Shown here piece after piece: positions 39,762-51,430 of a stretch of DNA of 64,000 nucleotides. A model generated the notes under the pieces. That model was not told the DNA's origin. It did no database searches and saw nothing but the letters and a program-made list of their open reading frames with translations. Numbering within the stretch: the stretch's first letter is position 1; the number at the start of each line of letters is the position of its first letter. The stretch is from Vicugna vicugna. Lineage: Eukaryota. The stretch is taken from contig MU063570.1 in the NCBI GenBank assembly GCA_013265495.1, positions 12,602,357 through 12,666,356 of the forward strand. Reading direction: 5' to 3'. Both the position numbers and the translations under genes were made by a program.

Positions 39762-41329
39762 CAGAAGAATAACTTCCCAAAAAGAGAGATCTTTTATTAA
39801 CAGAGGAAGATTTGCTAGAGTGGCATGCACAGCATGTTATCCCAGTAATGATGACCTAGGAAAGTGCATCACAAACTCAGTCTTTGCTGGTGCAGACTGT
39901 TCCCTTTATGGGGCATATAATCTAGCAGGGACAGATCTTTCCACCACTTTATCCTCCATCTTTTTCACGTAAAGCAGACAGTGCAGCATAGTTTTTATTT
40001 ATTCAGCCAAAATAGTTTTTATTATCCCTACAATTAATAGTGTTATAAAATAATTGTGTGACACTGGAGAAAGTGTGTTCTTTTACCCTGTCCAAGAGAG
40101 TCAAACTGTGCTCTTGTGGGAAAAGAGATGGAGAAGGGAATGGTGTTGGGGTTAGTCCTGGGGTGAGTAACTTTTCCAGCAAATTAAAGGTGGTCTGTAA
40201 GCATCCCATACCTTCTTGCAAACACAGATGAATTATAATAAAAACAGTATTGTTTTGTAAGTGGGAGTGATGCTGTGCTCCACCATGAATACAGTTAATC
40301 CCTGCTCTCCAGCATCCCTTGACCTTCGGAGAAATGCACAGGGGGCCAGGCAGCTGAGACGGGCCCCTTGCTGCACCGTCAAAGGAGACCTTCTGCACCT
40401 TGCTGAGCCCCTGGGGCTTGCTTGCTGGAACTGTGGTATTCCTGTTTTAATCGGTAATCTGGCCACCCCTAAACATGGCATTAAGACAGCAGAAGTTGAT
40501 AATTGAATCAAGTTGATCATTCTTGTTGTTCTGGATTGGAAATGGTTCTCATAACAGCCCTCTGAGAGTATTTCCTATCACCAACCTAACTCCTGCTCAT
40601 GTAACCTTATACTGTATAGGTCTGTGGTTTTTACTGTATTGATGCATTTCTCTAACTGCCCTTTGTAGATTCTTTGCTTTTACTGATGAGTTGGCAGACG
40701 GTAGGCGTGTAAAGCAGACAAATTGAGTGGCTGAAATGTAGATGTTTGGTTTCTAGAACACTTCTCTGCTTCTATATGAATTTCTGTTTATTCATGTATC
40801 ACTTACTGTGATGCCTTTTATAATGTGGTTTCTGTACAGAAACTGCTATGGAAGTACGGAGACAGAATAGTGAGTCTTGACATCTTCTTGCTGGCATTTC
40901 ATACCCAGAGAGGCAAGGGTCACAATGAGCCACCACCTTCACTCGCTTCCCTGAGAAGTTTCTGTACAATCTGCTCCTCTTATAGAACCCCAGTAGCACC
41001 CTCCGGTGCAGCCTCCAAACCTCCTTACTCAGAGCTCCTGTGTCTTCAAGGATAAGCATAAACACATGTTCCTGAATATCAGTTCCCTGAATCATCCAGT
41101 TAGTCTCATCTGTTATATAAGTGGAATTTCACTTGTAATCTTTGCATTTAGACTTGCTTCTTTTGAGCCACAATAACATCCTTCTTCATGCAAATAACAT
41201 TGGACTCTTCTGTTATTATATGAAGGAAATGAAGGACTGTTTTGAAAAAGCTATATTAAACAGGCTGAAAGGCATCAGGATGTGATTGAAAAAACTCCCA
41301 AATGAGAATTAAGAAGGTTGAGTTCAAGT

Positions 41330-41470
41330 CAAGGAGCTGACACTACCCAGTTACTCTTTTTCCCTCAGTGACTATAGATCGTTGAGTGAAAATGGGGACT
41401 GTCCCCATTGGTAAAATGGGGAGGTCAAATTACGTCACTTCTAGCCTCTTTTCAGCCTTCCAACTACTTT
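41330..41470 (+). mobile_element. MIR SINE
   Basis: 'gagttcaagtc...actacccagttactctttttccctcagtg...gtaaaatggggaggtcaaatta'. Confidence 0.55.
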
Positions 41471-42384
41471 TCCAGTCTGTGAACGTGTAGTATTATCCTG
41501 GGGATCTTTGTGTTACTACCCATTGCTGGATGGACTTGTATACCCAACCACAGGCTTGCCAGAGATTTCTGGTTCATGGAAACTGATAGGCTTAGAGTCT
41601 GGAAGGAAAATGGCAAGGGCCGAAACAAAGTCAGTCTTAGGACACCTCAGAGTGTCCCATAATAAATGAAAGCTGAACTCACACATCTTAACTGGCCAGG
41701 AACGTTCGCTGAACACTTAGTGTTTGCAGCATAATATCAGGTACCCTGAGGCATAAGCCCAAACTCATTCACTACCAACACAGGACACAGGTACAAAGGT
41801 GCAGGCAGCCAAGGGGATGTGTGCAGGTCACTGACACATGGGGCCATCCCGGAGCTGGGAAGAAGGGGTCACTGCTCTGCCTCAGCCTCTGCTCTTAGCG
41901 AAAACCTTTAAGTTAGCCCAACTTTAGTTAAATCCAAATCACTGTGTAAGAACACGTATCAGAAGACAGGAGATCCCCTTGTCTTATTCCCCTGTCGCTA
42001 TAACTGGGATTTTTGCCAGAGCTGTTTGCTTCTTCACCCAACTGGGAATGTACTGGTGGAACGGGCATAAAAGCCCGGGACTCCTTGAAGATGACTTTTC
42101 CCTCGACACTGAACAATGTTAACTTCTTGGGGTAGGCATAAAACTAGGGCCTATTTCATGTTTCACACTGTCTCTAACTATACCTAACTCCTCTCCCCTC
42201 TGTCCCTGGAAGGGGTGGCCACCCTTTCATGATCTCTATAGTCAATCCAGAGTTGTTGAAATTCCTTGGATTCAAAAGTCAGTAAACTTCCCAGAGCAGT
42301 TCTATGCAGTGCTTCCTGTTCTAGAAAGTCTCCTTTATTTTCCACCATTCCCAGTGGTGGCCCAACTGGTATTGGGAGAGCTTT

Positions 42385-42537
42385 GCTGCTCTCCACGAAG
42401 CCAGCAGCATTAACTTCACTTTGGAATTTGTTAGAAATGCAGACACTCAGGCCTCAACTCAGGACCTACTGAATTAAAATCTGTGTTTTACCATAGGCCC
42501 AGTGATTGCTATGTACCTCCAAGCTTGAAAAGCACTG
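42385..42537. mobile_element. MER5A-like MITE
   Basis: 'cagcagcattaacttcactttggaatttgttagaaatgcagacactcaggcctcaactcaggacctactgaatt...ttgaaaagcactg'. Confidence 0.85.
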
Positions 42538-43027
42538 TTGTACAGATGGCACGGGGGATGCCCAGGCCTTACAGACGGGTGTGGCAGTCTGGGTTTTCAA
42601 GAGCAGGACCAGGCTGCGTCTAGTGGTGGCAGCAAGCAGAGGCTACAGGGTAACCCTCCCCTCTGAAGAACTTCCAGCTCTTTCCAGCCAGCAATTGTGA
42701 CCCATGGAAGATAGTATCGTTCGAAGGGGAAGAAAGATCGATGTTTAACCACACTAGAAACCCCTAATATCATCAGTTGTTTAAAATAGATGCCCATACC
42801 ACAGAAGAGTGTACATCCTCTGGCAGAAAGCTTTTGTGTGGGAATGAAGATAAGTTTGCCTATTAAAACCCACAGTGGATTAAAGTCTAATTCCAAAATG
42901 GCAGTGTGCTGTATTTTCCATTTCTGTTTCCTTTATACCTGTCACCAAGTGACCAAAGTGATTTTGGATCTTTGTCAGGATAAAGTTTTAATTTCCACCA
43001 AAAGTAGGGGGAGCATATTCCACCCCT

Positions 43028-43028
<1 letters not shown>

Positions 43029-43087
<59 letters not shown>
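43029..43087 (+). repeat. Poly(C) homopolymer, 59 nt
   Basis: Counted directly. Confidence 0.9.
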
Positions 43088-43140
43088 ATTCCCACTCTTC
43101 AGACAGCTCACTCTCACCCGCCGGCTATCAAAGATGCCTC

Positions 43141-43305
43141 TGGGGGAAAGTTATAGCTCAGTGATCGAGTGCGTGCCTAGCATGCACACGGTCCTAGGTT
43201 CAATTCCCAGTACCTTTGCTTAAGAAAAAATAAACAAATAAATAAACCTAAAAAAAATTACCTCTCCCCATTAAAAAATTAAAAGAAAAAAAGGAAATTA
43301 AACAA
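43141..43305 (+). mobile_element. Camelid tRNA-derived SINE (Vic-1-like)
   Basis: gggggaaagttatagctcagtgatcgagtgcgtgcctagcatgcacacggtcctaggttcaattcccagtacc; degenerate TSD aaagatgcctc (43130-43140) and aaagacacctc (43306-43316). Confidence 0.92.
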
Positions 43306-43379
43306 AAAGACACCTCCCTCTCAGGCAGTGTCTCTGCGTGAGGATGGATACAGCTACTCGCTTTTCTAAACAGCTTCAA

Positions 43380-44100
43380 GGGGAACCCCCACCCCCACCC
43401 CATCAGCAGCCTCACCCTGGTTCAGGCCAGCTGCCTCTCTTTATAAGCCCCTGGAGACCGAAGCAAATGGGCAAGTCGGTTTGTCCCCAAGCTGCAACCC
43501 CGGGGTAATGGTGATGGAAGACCGTCCCGACCAGCCCTGGGCACTGCCGCCTCGGAAGAGGAAGGAAAAGCAACAGCTGCGAAAACAAATTCTCCGCTCT
43601 TAAACTTGGGGAGTTGAAACATCATCTCTCCGCGAGAACCACTATCATCTTGCGGGAAGAAGACCTTATTTCTTGGGTTTTCTCCTGCCTTTTCTCTTTC
43701 CCCTTGGCTGCTCCCCTGGCCTCCCACTCCAGCCTCCANNNNNNNNNNNNNNNNNNNNNNNNNNNNNNNNNNNNNNNNNNNNNNNNNNNNNNNNNNNNNN
43801 NNNNNNNNNNNNNNNNNNNNNNNNNNNNNNNNNNNNNNNNNNNNNNNNNNNNNNNNNNNNNNNNNNNNNNNNNNNNNNNNNNNNNNNNNNNNNNNNNNNN
43901 NNGTGCGTGTGACCTACCGACTGCTCCAGGCGATTCCACGCTGCTCCCCTCCCCCTGGCCTTCTCTGTCTGCCTCCGGCCCCTCTCCCGAACCAGAAGCT
44001 GGGCTAACTTGACTGTGGCTTGGCTGTTTTTGTTTTTCCCCTCTGTGCTGCCCGGCACGTTTCAGCTGCTAAAAAGCTGCTGGTGACATGACGGAATTGG
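43380..44100. promoter_or_regulatory. CpG/GC-rich promoter- or enhancer-like segment
   Basis: Locally dense CpGs outside repeats and a TATA-like TTTATAAG near 43440; centre hidden by an N-run. Confidence 0.45.
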
Positions 44101-45909
44101 GAGAGAGCTGAACCTGCCTTTATTGATGTAGTCACTCACAACAGAAAAGGTGATACCCCTCTTATGAGATAATTGGCAGTTTCAAGTTGCACTTATTACT
44201 GGATGATAATACACCAGCAAAATCATAAATTACTATTATATTCTGGCCTGTTGTTGTTTTTCTTAACTAGAAATAAATGAGATGTGTTTCCTTTCTTCCA
44301 AGGTTATTATTTAAAATTTAAGAGGAAGAACCCATGCTGGTTACAGAAGGATGACCCATCCAAATATCAGATAACTTAAACTTACTGACAAATAACCTTT
44401 AAGATCATTCGTTTACACAGATTATGGTATCACTTGGACCCCTTCTTTTCTATGTGTTTTCATGTGAATCTGAAGGCTTTTCCTTTAAAAAAATTTTTTT
44501 TTATTGTTAAGTAATAACTTTTTGCACATCCTGACTTTCAAGGCTGCAGGTTTCATAAAAAGGTACCAGGCAAAACTCCTGCTGTATTTACTGTCTCTTC
44601 TCTCTCCAGGGAGTGAGAGGTACAGCCAACTCCTCCCTCAAGCCTCCTGCACATTTGGAGGAAAACAATTCTGATTAGAATATGTGGGGAAATCAACTCC
44701 CAGGGATGGTGCCGCCCTTTGTTCCTTAGGATATCATGTTCTGTTTGATTGATTTTTTTTCTCTCCTGGCCACATGCTCAGAATCTCGGCTTTGGCCACA
44801 CACAGAAGGTGATCCCAGGCTCGGGTCTAATTTACACTCCAGTGTATACATACATTTGGTACCTTTGTCAGGTGAGAAGTACTCTTCTGGTTGTCACCTT
44901 GGTCACTGGAATCAGGAAGGCCACAGCCTCTTGGCCAGTGTTAGAAGATGCTGCTATGTAACATGCCTTTATTAATAAGCAGGGAGCGGCGTATTTATCA
45001 TGCCGGAAAACTGACCACAGTGAGATGAGAGTGTCTAATCCTGAAGGCTCTTATTAGGACCTTGGGTTTGGGTTTGGGACTTGGTGTTGATAAATCTTAA
45101 AATGTTTGGCTAATTCAATTTTTCACTTTTTAAGATTCTAAGTGTTGATTATTTTTCCCCAAATAGAATCAAAGGCCTTCATTTGGGCTTTTAAAAATCA
45201 TTTTAAAAAATGTAAAACAGCAATCTAAAAGTTAATTTTTACCCTGAAGCATTTATAATAAATAATAGGTGGAAATGGATCTCTGGTGTGTGAAATTGAT
45301 ACTTCTAGTGGTTTAGTAACAAGTAATTGGAAACCTCCTCACTATGACCTCATCGACTATCCCTTGCTTATGAAAATGGAAACCTCCTCTGTTCTCTGAG
45401 GGGTTTTGGTGATCATGATTGTATCATTGGTACAAATTTGAAAAAGAAAACTTCTCAATATTTTTGATAATCTCCTTATAGCAGAGCAGCCAGAATGTGG
45501 AGCACCTGATACGCTCTAAACACTCCTTCAATATCACTTTTATTATTATGGTTTCATAACTCAGGGGAATCCTTTGGATCCTCAAGGTATGTTAAAAGCT
45601 CCATTGTTAATAAAACTATTTCTGAATGATTTCTGCTTCCTAATTAATGGCAAGGTGGGATCAAGCCCCAGTTTCATAAAAGGTCGTTAATTGTGCAGAA
45701 AACCATGGTGCTGCCTTGCCTCCTTGAGGAGAGGAGAGATGAGAGGATCATGTCTTATTTTTTTAATCTTCCTCAAAAACTAGCACAATGTGCAAAAACA
45801 GTTGATTATTTTAACAAGAACTTAAGATTTCTAGGCATGTAAATTGAACAGGATCATTGGTTATTTTGAAATTACAGATATATTGCTGATAGAGCCAGGA
45901 TGTATTGCC

Positions 45910-46370
45910 ATTTCATAGAATCTATGGTTAAAAAGGACAGTCAAGGTCACTCAGTTCAACCTCTTGCCAAGAGCAGGATTCTCCCCTAAAACTGTTCTTT
46001 GTCAGGATAGCTGAATCCTTGCTTGTCATCCATTTTCATTTTTTGGATATGGAATGATTTGAGTGTTATTCCTTGCATTCATCTGAAATCTATTTCCATA
46101 TAACGGCCACCTAGTTCTTCTCTTGTGACACAGGGTAAACCTACTCCTTTTTCCATAGAGAACAAACAAAAATCTTTCATGTTTCTCCATTTTCTCTTTC
46201 CCAACTTGGACATTCCCAGTTCCTTCCACTATTCCTTGTATTAGAATGATTACCTGCCCCTTTGCCACAAAGGCTATCCTCTTTCTGACATGCTGTCTTT
46301 TCCCCAGAGATTCCCAGATCTGGATACAAAACCCCACATGTCATTTGACCAACACCAAGTTCGATAAAAA
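45910..46370 (-). mobile_element. CR1/L3 LINE 3' region
   Basis: Antisense L3 end 'tcatagaatctatggttaaaaaggacagtcaaggtcactcagttcaacc' and 'tctttcccaacttggacattcccagttccttc'. Confidence 0.75.
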
Positions 46371-46629
46371 TGATCACACCATGTCTGCAGGCTAAAAGAG
46401 CTTGCATCAATTAAAAATTTCAAATATTTTAATATAAATCACATTTAGACAAGATCTTCCTAACACAATACAAGAAAGGCTAGTGTTTATGCATCTGTGT
46501 TTGAGTATTAATACTTATCTTTCATGGCCTGGTAATGATTTATTTTTTTCCTTGTAGTTGTAATTCTTCTGCTTACTATGCCAGTATTCAAATCATTAAT
46601 ATAAAAAGAGGGTAAAATTCCTTCAGGGG

Positions 46630-47710
46630 TTGTCCATCAGCACACAGGAGAATCCAGACCCTGTGATATGTCATCCAACTTCATTACCTGCCCCCTGTCA
46701 ACCTTAGCAGTCTCATCTCCTTCCCCTTGCCCCCACCCCACCACCGCATATCGTCTGCAGGTCCTCAAACACATATGTTCTTCCTGTCTTCCACAGTCTA
46801 GTTCTCTGCCTGGAAGGTTCTGGCCATGTTTTCTCTGACTCATAAACTTCTACTTGTCTTTTAAGGCTTAACTCAAGAATCACCTCTTAGATCAGACTGG
46901 AGGTGGGTGTGAGGTCACAGGGATGGGAGAGGATTGTACGAAGGTGATTAAATGGTACAAACTTCCAATGATAAGATATTTAAGAACTGGGGATGTAATG
47001 TACAACATGATGACCAGTTAACACTGCAGTGTGGTTAATTTGAAAGTTGTTAAGAGAGTAGATCCCAAGAGTTCTCATCGCAAGGAAAAAAATCTTTTTT
47101 TCCTTTTCTCTCTCTCTCTTTTTTTTTTGGTATCCATATGAGATGATGGATGTTAACTAGACTTTTTATGGTAACCATTTCATAATATATGTAAGTCAAA
47201 TCATTATGCTGTACAACTTAATATCATACAGTGCTGTATGTCAATTATATCTCAATAAAACTGGAAGAAAAAAAAGATGCATGCACAAATGAACAGAGTT
47301 AAGAAGAGTAAAAGCAAAAATAAAACGACTTCTGGTGAATGAACCACCTCTTAAGCTCCGTCAGGACCATGAAGGGGTGTACACCAGAGGTTTCCACCCC
47401 ATAACTAACCCTTGAAGCCAACATCCCATGTCTATTTTTGTTTTGATGTTATAAAGACCATAATTAATCAGCAATTAAAATACACTTTAAAAAAGTGAGA
47501 GAGAGAATTGCCTCTTCTGCAAAGCCCTCCCTGGCCCACTTCCATCTCCTTGAAGCACCTGTTCCACACAATCATTGCAACATTTATCACTGACTATGTT
47601 GCATTTCACTGCTTGTTCATTTTTTGGGCCCTCTAGGCTTTTCAGCTCCTTGATGCACAGGGTTCTGTTTTTTCTGTGGCTTTCCATGGCCTTAGACGGT
47701 GCCTAGTGTT
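46630..47710 (+). mobile_element. L2 LINE split by a 614-bp insertion (L2 parts ~46630-46888 and ~47503-47710)
   Basis: Left part ends 'cttttaaggcttaactcaagaatcacctctt'; right part resumes 'cctcttctgcaaagccctccctggccc' in L2 register. Confidence 0.7.
46889..47276 (+). mobile_element. 5'-truncated L1 (L1MA9-like) 3' end
   Basis: 'ggtacaaacttccaatgataag...gatgtaatgtacaacatgatgacc...gaaagttgttaagagagtagatc...tcaattatatctcaataaaactggaagaaaaaaaag'. Confidence 0.92.
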
Positions 47711-50539
47711 TATAGTAAGATTATACGTGTATACGATATCTCTGTAGGTCTGCTCGTAGACTTAACTCTCTTTGTTCAAAAGGACAGTGAAAGAAGTTAC
47801 GTCGAATGCTTTGCTCAAGTCAAGACATCCCGACCTATGAGTGGAGTAATACCACTAAAAAAGAAGTGAGCTTCAGTGGTTTGCTTGAGTGTTTTCTTCC
47901 CTCCTGTTAAAAAGCTCAGGCTCGATCCTCCTGCCCTAGTGTCAGGGCTTTCTAACCATGCTGAACATCCATTTAACTGACGATTACAAACACCATTATG
48001 GCTCTATTCTGAGCCATACGATAATTGTTTTTTCTAAATGTTAATGGGTTTATGATGAACTATAATTGCGTATAGGATTCCATATTGAGGAATAATTATA
48101 GGTGCTTATTCACTCACCTTTAAATCCCTACTATGTGCAGAGACGTCAGACGAATAACATTCTGACAGCACTGTAATGGCACTGTAATCAGCAGACAAGA
48201 CGATGCTGGATTCTTCAATTACATGCTCACTTTTTCAAGAGTTGACATACCACCACTATATTTATCATCAATTAAATTTCNNNNNNNNNNNNNNNNNNNN
48301 NNNNNNNNNNNNNNNNNNNNNNNNNNNNNNNNNNNNNNNNNNNNNNNNNNNNNNNNNNNNNNNNNNNNNNNNNNNNNNNNNNNNNNNNNNNNNNNNNNNN
48401 NNNNNNNNNNNNNNNNNNNNNNNNNNNNNNNNNNNNNNNNNNNNNNNNNNNNNNNNNNNNNNNNNNNNNNNNNNNNNNNNNNNNNNNNNNNNNNNNNNNN
48501 ATATGTTTTATTAGTCATGAGTAGTATAGTGTTAGATTACCATTAGTATTCTCAGCAGAGGTTGGAAAATGCTTAATTAACAAAGATATTGGATTGGAAA
48601 AAAATGATTCTGGGCATATTTCTTCTTGACCAAATTATTGTCTATTCTTTTCCTCTAGTCCTTGGTAATTTTTAATTTGCATGCACCTCTCCTACACAGT
48701 GTATTTCTAAGGGTCTATGTAGGGAAGCCAAAACCCAGTAAAAGCAGATTTTCTGAAGACCTCCCTGTTACCGTGTATCTCTCAGTACCTTGACCTGAAC
48801 CCAATTCTTTTTAGAAACCACCAGCAGTCAAGCTTTGTTCCTGAAGGGCATTGCTGGGAATCTTTTACAAATCACAGAGCACCTAGATTCCTGTTCTGGT
48901 TGTGATAACCCAACACTGGTATTTGAAGTCCAGAGCCATTTTTCCATCACCTTCCAGGTGTCTTTCATTCTGAGAACATGTAGCTCCCTATTTTCCATGC
49001 CCTCTCCTCGATCAGCCTTATTTTTGAGAAAAGCAGCAAGCAGCAGAGGATTCATCATGCCAGGGAAGCCACAGAGATGTTGATACCCAGACTATCATGT
49101 GCAGAGACTGTAGTAACCTTGGGCAGATACAGGTCTGCTGTGGACAAAACCTTTTCTTCATTGTTATTGTTTTTAATTAGAGCTTCTGGCTTACTTTCTT
49201 TTTGTCCTCCACTCTTGTTGGGATTCTTCCACGTTTTTTATTTTATTTCATTTGTATTCCTGTCTTTTGTATCCTTAAATTCTCTTGTGTGCGATGTGTT
49301 TTGGTATTTCCCATTATTATTTCCCAAGGGATAGGGCTCTCTTTGTGAAGGTGTAACATGTTCCAACAAAAACATGTATATATTCTCTGAAGAAACAAAC
49401 TGATGGCTGCAGGTTTGGATGCTTTGCTAACGCAAAAGAGCAGGAGTTTGTGTATCAGCCAGATACTGAAATACCGGACTTGTGGATGGCTTAAGCCCGA
49501 AGTGGCTTACTGGTTCCCTAACAGCAGGCAATTATGTTACACTCAGGGAGCCTCCACACAGGCTGTTCTTATGCAGATAGTTGCCTGAGTGAACAGGAAG
49601 ACCCGTAGAAATATGGGAGAGACACGTGACTTCTCTTTAGCGATTGATTGCCCACAATTGCACGCTAATTGCTGACGACACTGTTCTATCCATACTTAAT
49701 GTTTTGTTCAGATATCTTTCCCAAGGCCCCTGGTTATGGGATTCGTGTTCATAAAAGCTTCTAATATGGCCCTTCTGTTCACCCAGCAGGTGAATAATCC
49801 CCAAGTTAATAAAAAGGTAAGCACTCTTATGAACATGGCATTAAAAGACTCTACCCAACGCAGGTTCATCCTGTGAGGGAAAAGTAACCTTTCCTGACAC
49901 CCCTCGTGGTATAACCAAGTCAGCTACCCCACGCCGGCTTTCCCAAGTCCTTAGTAAGGTTTTGCCTAAAATGATGGGGAAGAGGGCATTCACTTGGGAT
50001 GCTAAAGTGAAAGGCAAAGATTGGGGATGGCTAAAAGGGGCTTCTGGGGGAGCTGCTCAAAAGCAACAAAGAAGCTGACAGCATGTATTCTTCTCAGACA
50101 GGAAGGGAAGGAAATGGCTTCCCCCATCAAGCGGCCCCTTTCTTTGAATCAGAGACCTGCCCTGCACAGTGAAGAGACCAGACTCCTTTAACTAGGGAGA
50201 CCTGTGGCACATGGTTCTCTTCTCTGGCAGGGCTCCTGTGGAAAAGCTGGCGGGGACACAAAACCACTCCCAAAGCAACATCAGGACCCCGGGTTACAAA
50301 TGAGGATTGATGTTAAGCTGAGCAACTGTAATGGCCTTATCACAGCAATCATTCTAGAACACCCGTCTCTCCCCTTCTCCCTTCACATCTGACTGGTGAT
50401 CTATTGTTCCTTATTGCCAGTGCTTGTTTGAAGAGCTCTGCCGCATTTGCAGGTAGAAAAGAATGTGCAACTTTTGTTTCTCCCTTGAAGTCATTGTCTA
50501 TATTTAGGTCAGTGACGTGGTGAGAGATGTTGATGTGTT

Positions 50540-51430
50540 TTGTACCTCGCGCTGAAAACTGCCTCCCCGGATCTGGGGGAGTGCGAGGCGCTCGCTAAAG
50601 GCACAGCCTGCGCCGGGAGCCTGCAGCCCACGCTGCCCGCGGCCGAAGGTGGGGGTCTGCTCTCTGCCGCCGCCAACCCTCTGCCCGGTGTCGCGGAAAT
50701 CTCACCCTGGTCTCCCAGATCCTCTGTGTGAGACAGGGGGCTGTCTTATAAAAAGAGGGGAGGTCGCAGGAAGTTGCTTTATCCTTCACCTGGAGTCGTC
50801 ACCCTGCACTCTGCTCTGTCAAGTGGGAAACGCGGCCCAGATAAATCCTGCCCACAAAGGAACTCCGCCTTTTTAACATGCAAATGTTCAGTCGGGGAAA
50901 GTAAATAGACATCTCCTCCATCAGGAACTCGGAGACAATCGCAACAACCCCCACCCCACCCCCAATACCATTTCCCCTTTCTCTTTCCCTCCTAAGAGAA
51001 AGAAATTCTGATTTTTCCCCCATTATTTTTTTGAAGGGAGGGAGGGGCTTGCATTGAATTGCTCTTAAGCCACTGTCTTCTACCCCAACTTCCTCCTGTC
51101 GAGATAGGCTTCATTAATTTGATAAGCCGACACCAAAAGAGAGGGGTGGCGGGCAGAGCGAGGAGGGGGATTGCAGGAGGGGCTGCCTAGGGGCTGCCCT
51201 GAGGTTTTAGAAGATGAACTGCTAATGATGTTGAAGACGTACCTTTTCAGACTGCCTGGTCCCTCTGGAAAATCAGGGTCTTCTTTCACCTACTGATTGT
51301 ACTGCAAGAACTGAAAAATAGGGGCCTGGCTGGAGCGAAGAAGGGGGCTGCGGGCAGGGAGGGGTGATAAGGAGACAGATGCGTCTCCGAGGAGGAATCA
51401 GAACGCGTCAGTTACACAGCGTGAACGGCC
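50540..51430. promoter_or_regulatory. CpG-island-like promoter with + strand TATA box (TATAAAAAG at 50747-50755)
   Basis: Very CpG-dense at 50548-50700; canonical TATA; ETS core CAGGAAGT at 50767-50774; octamer ATGCAAAT at 50878-50885; AGATAA near 50850; second CpG cluster at 51130-51430. Confidence 0.65.

Noticed and set aside
39610-39972. 120-aa ORF with a lysine run
   Set aside because: Reads through a SINE and its A-tail
42790-43164. Poly-proline ORF and the antisense poly-glycine ORF
   Set aside because: Produced entirely by the C59 homopolymer and runs into a SINE
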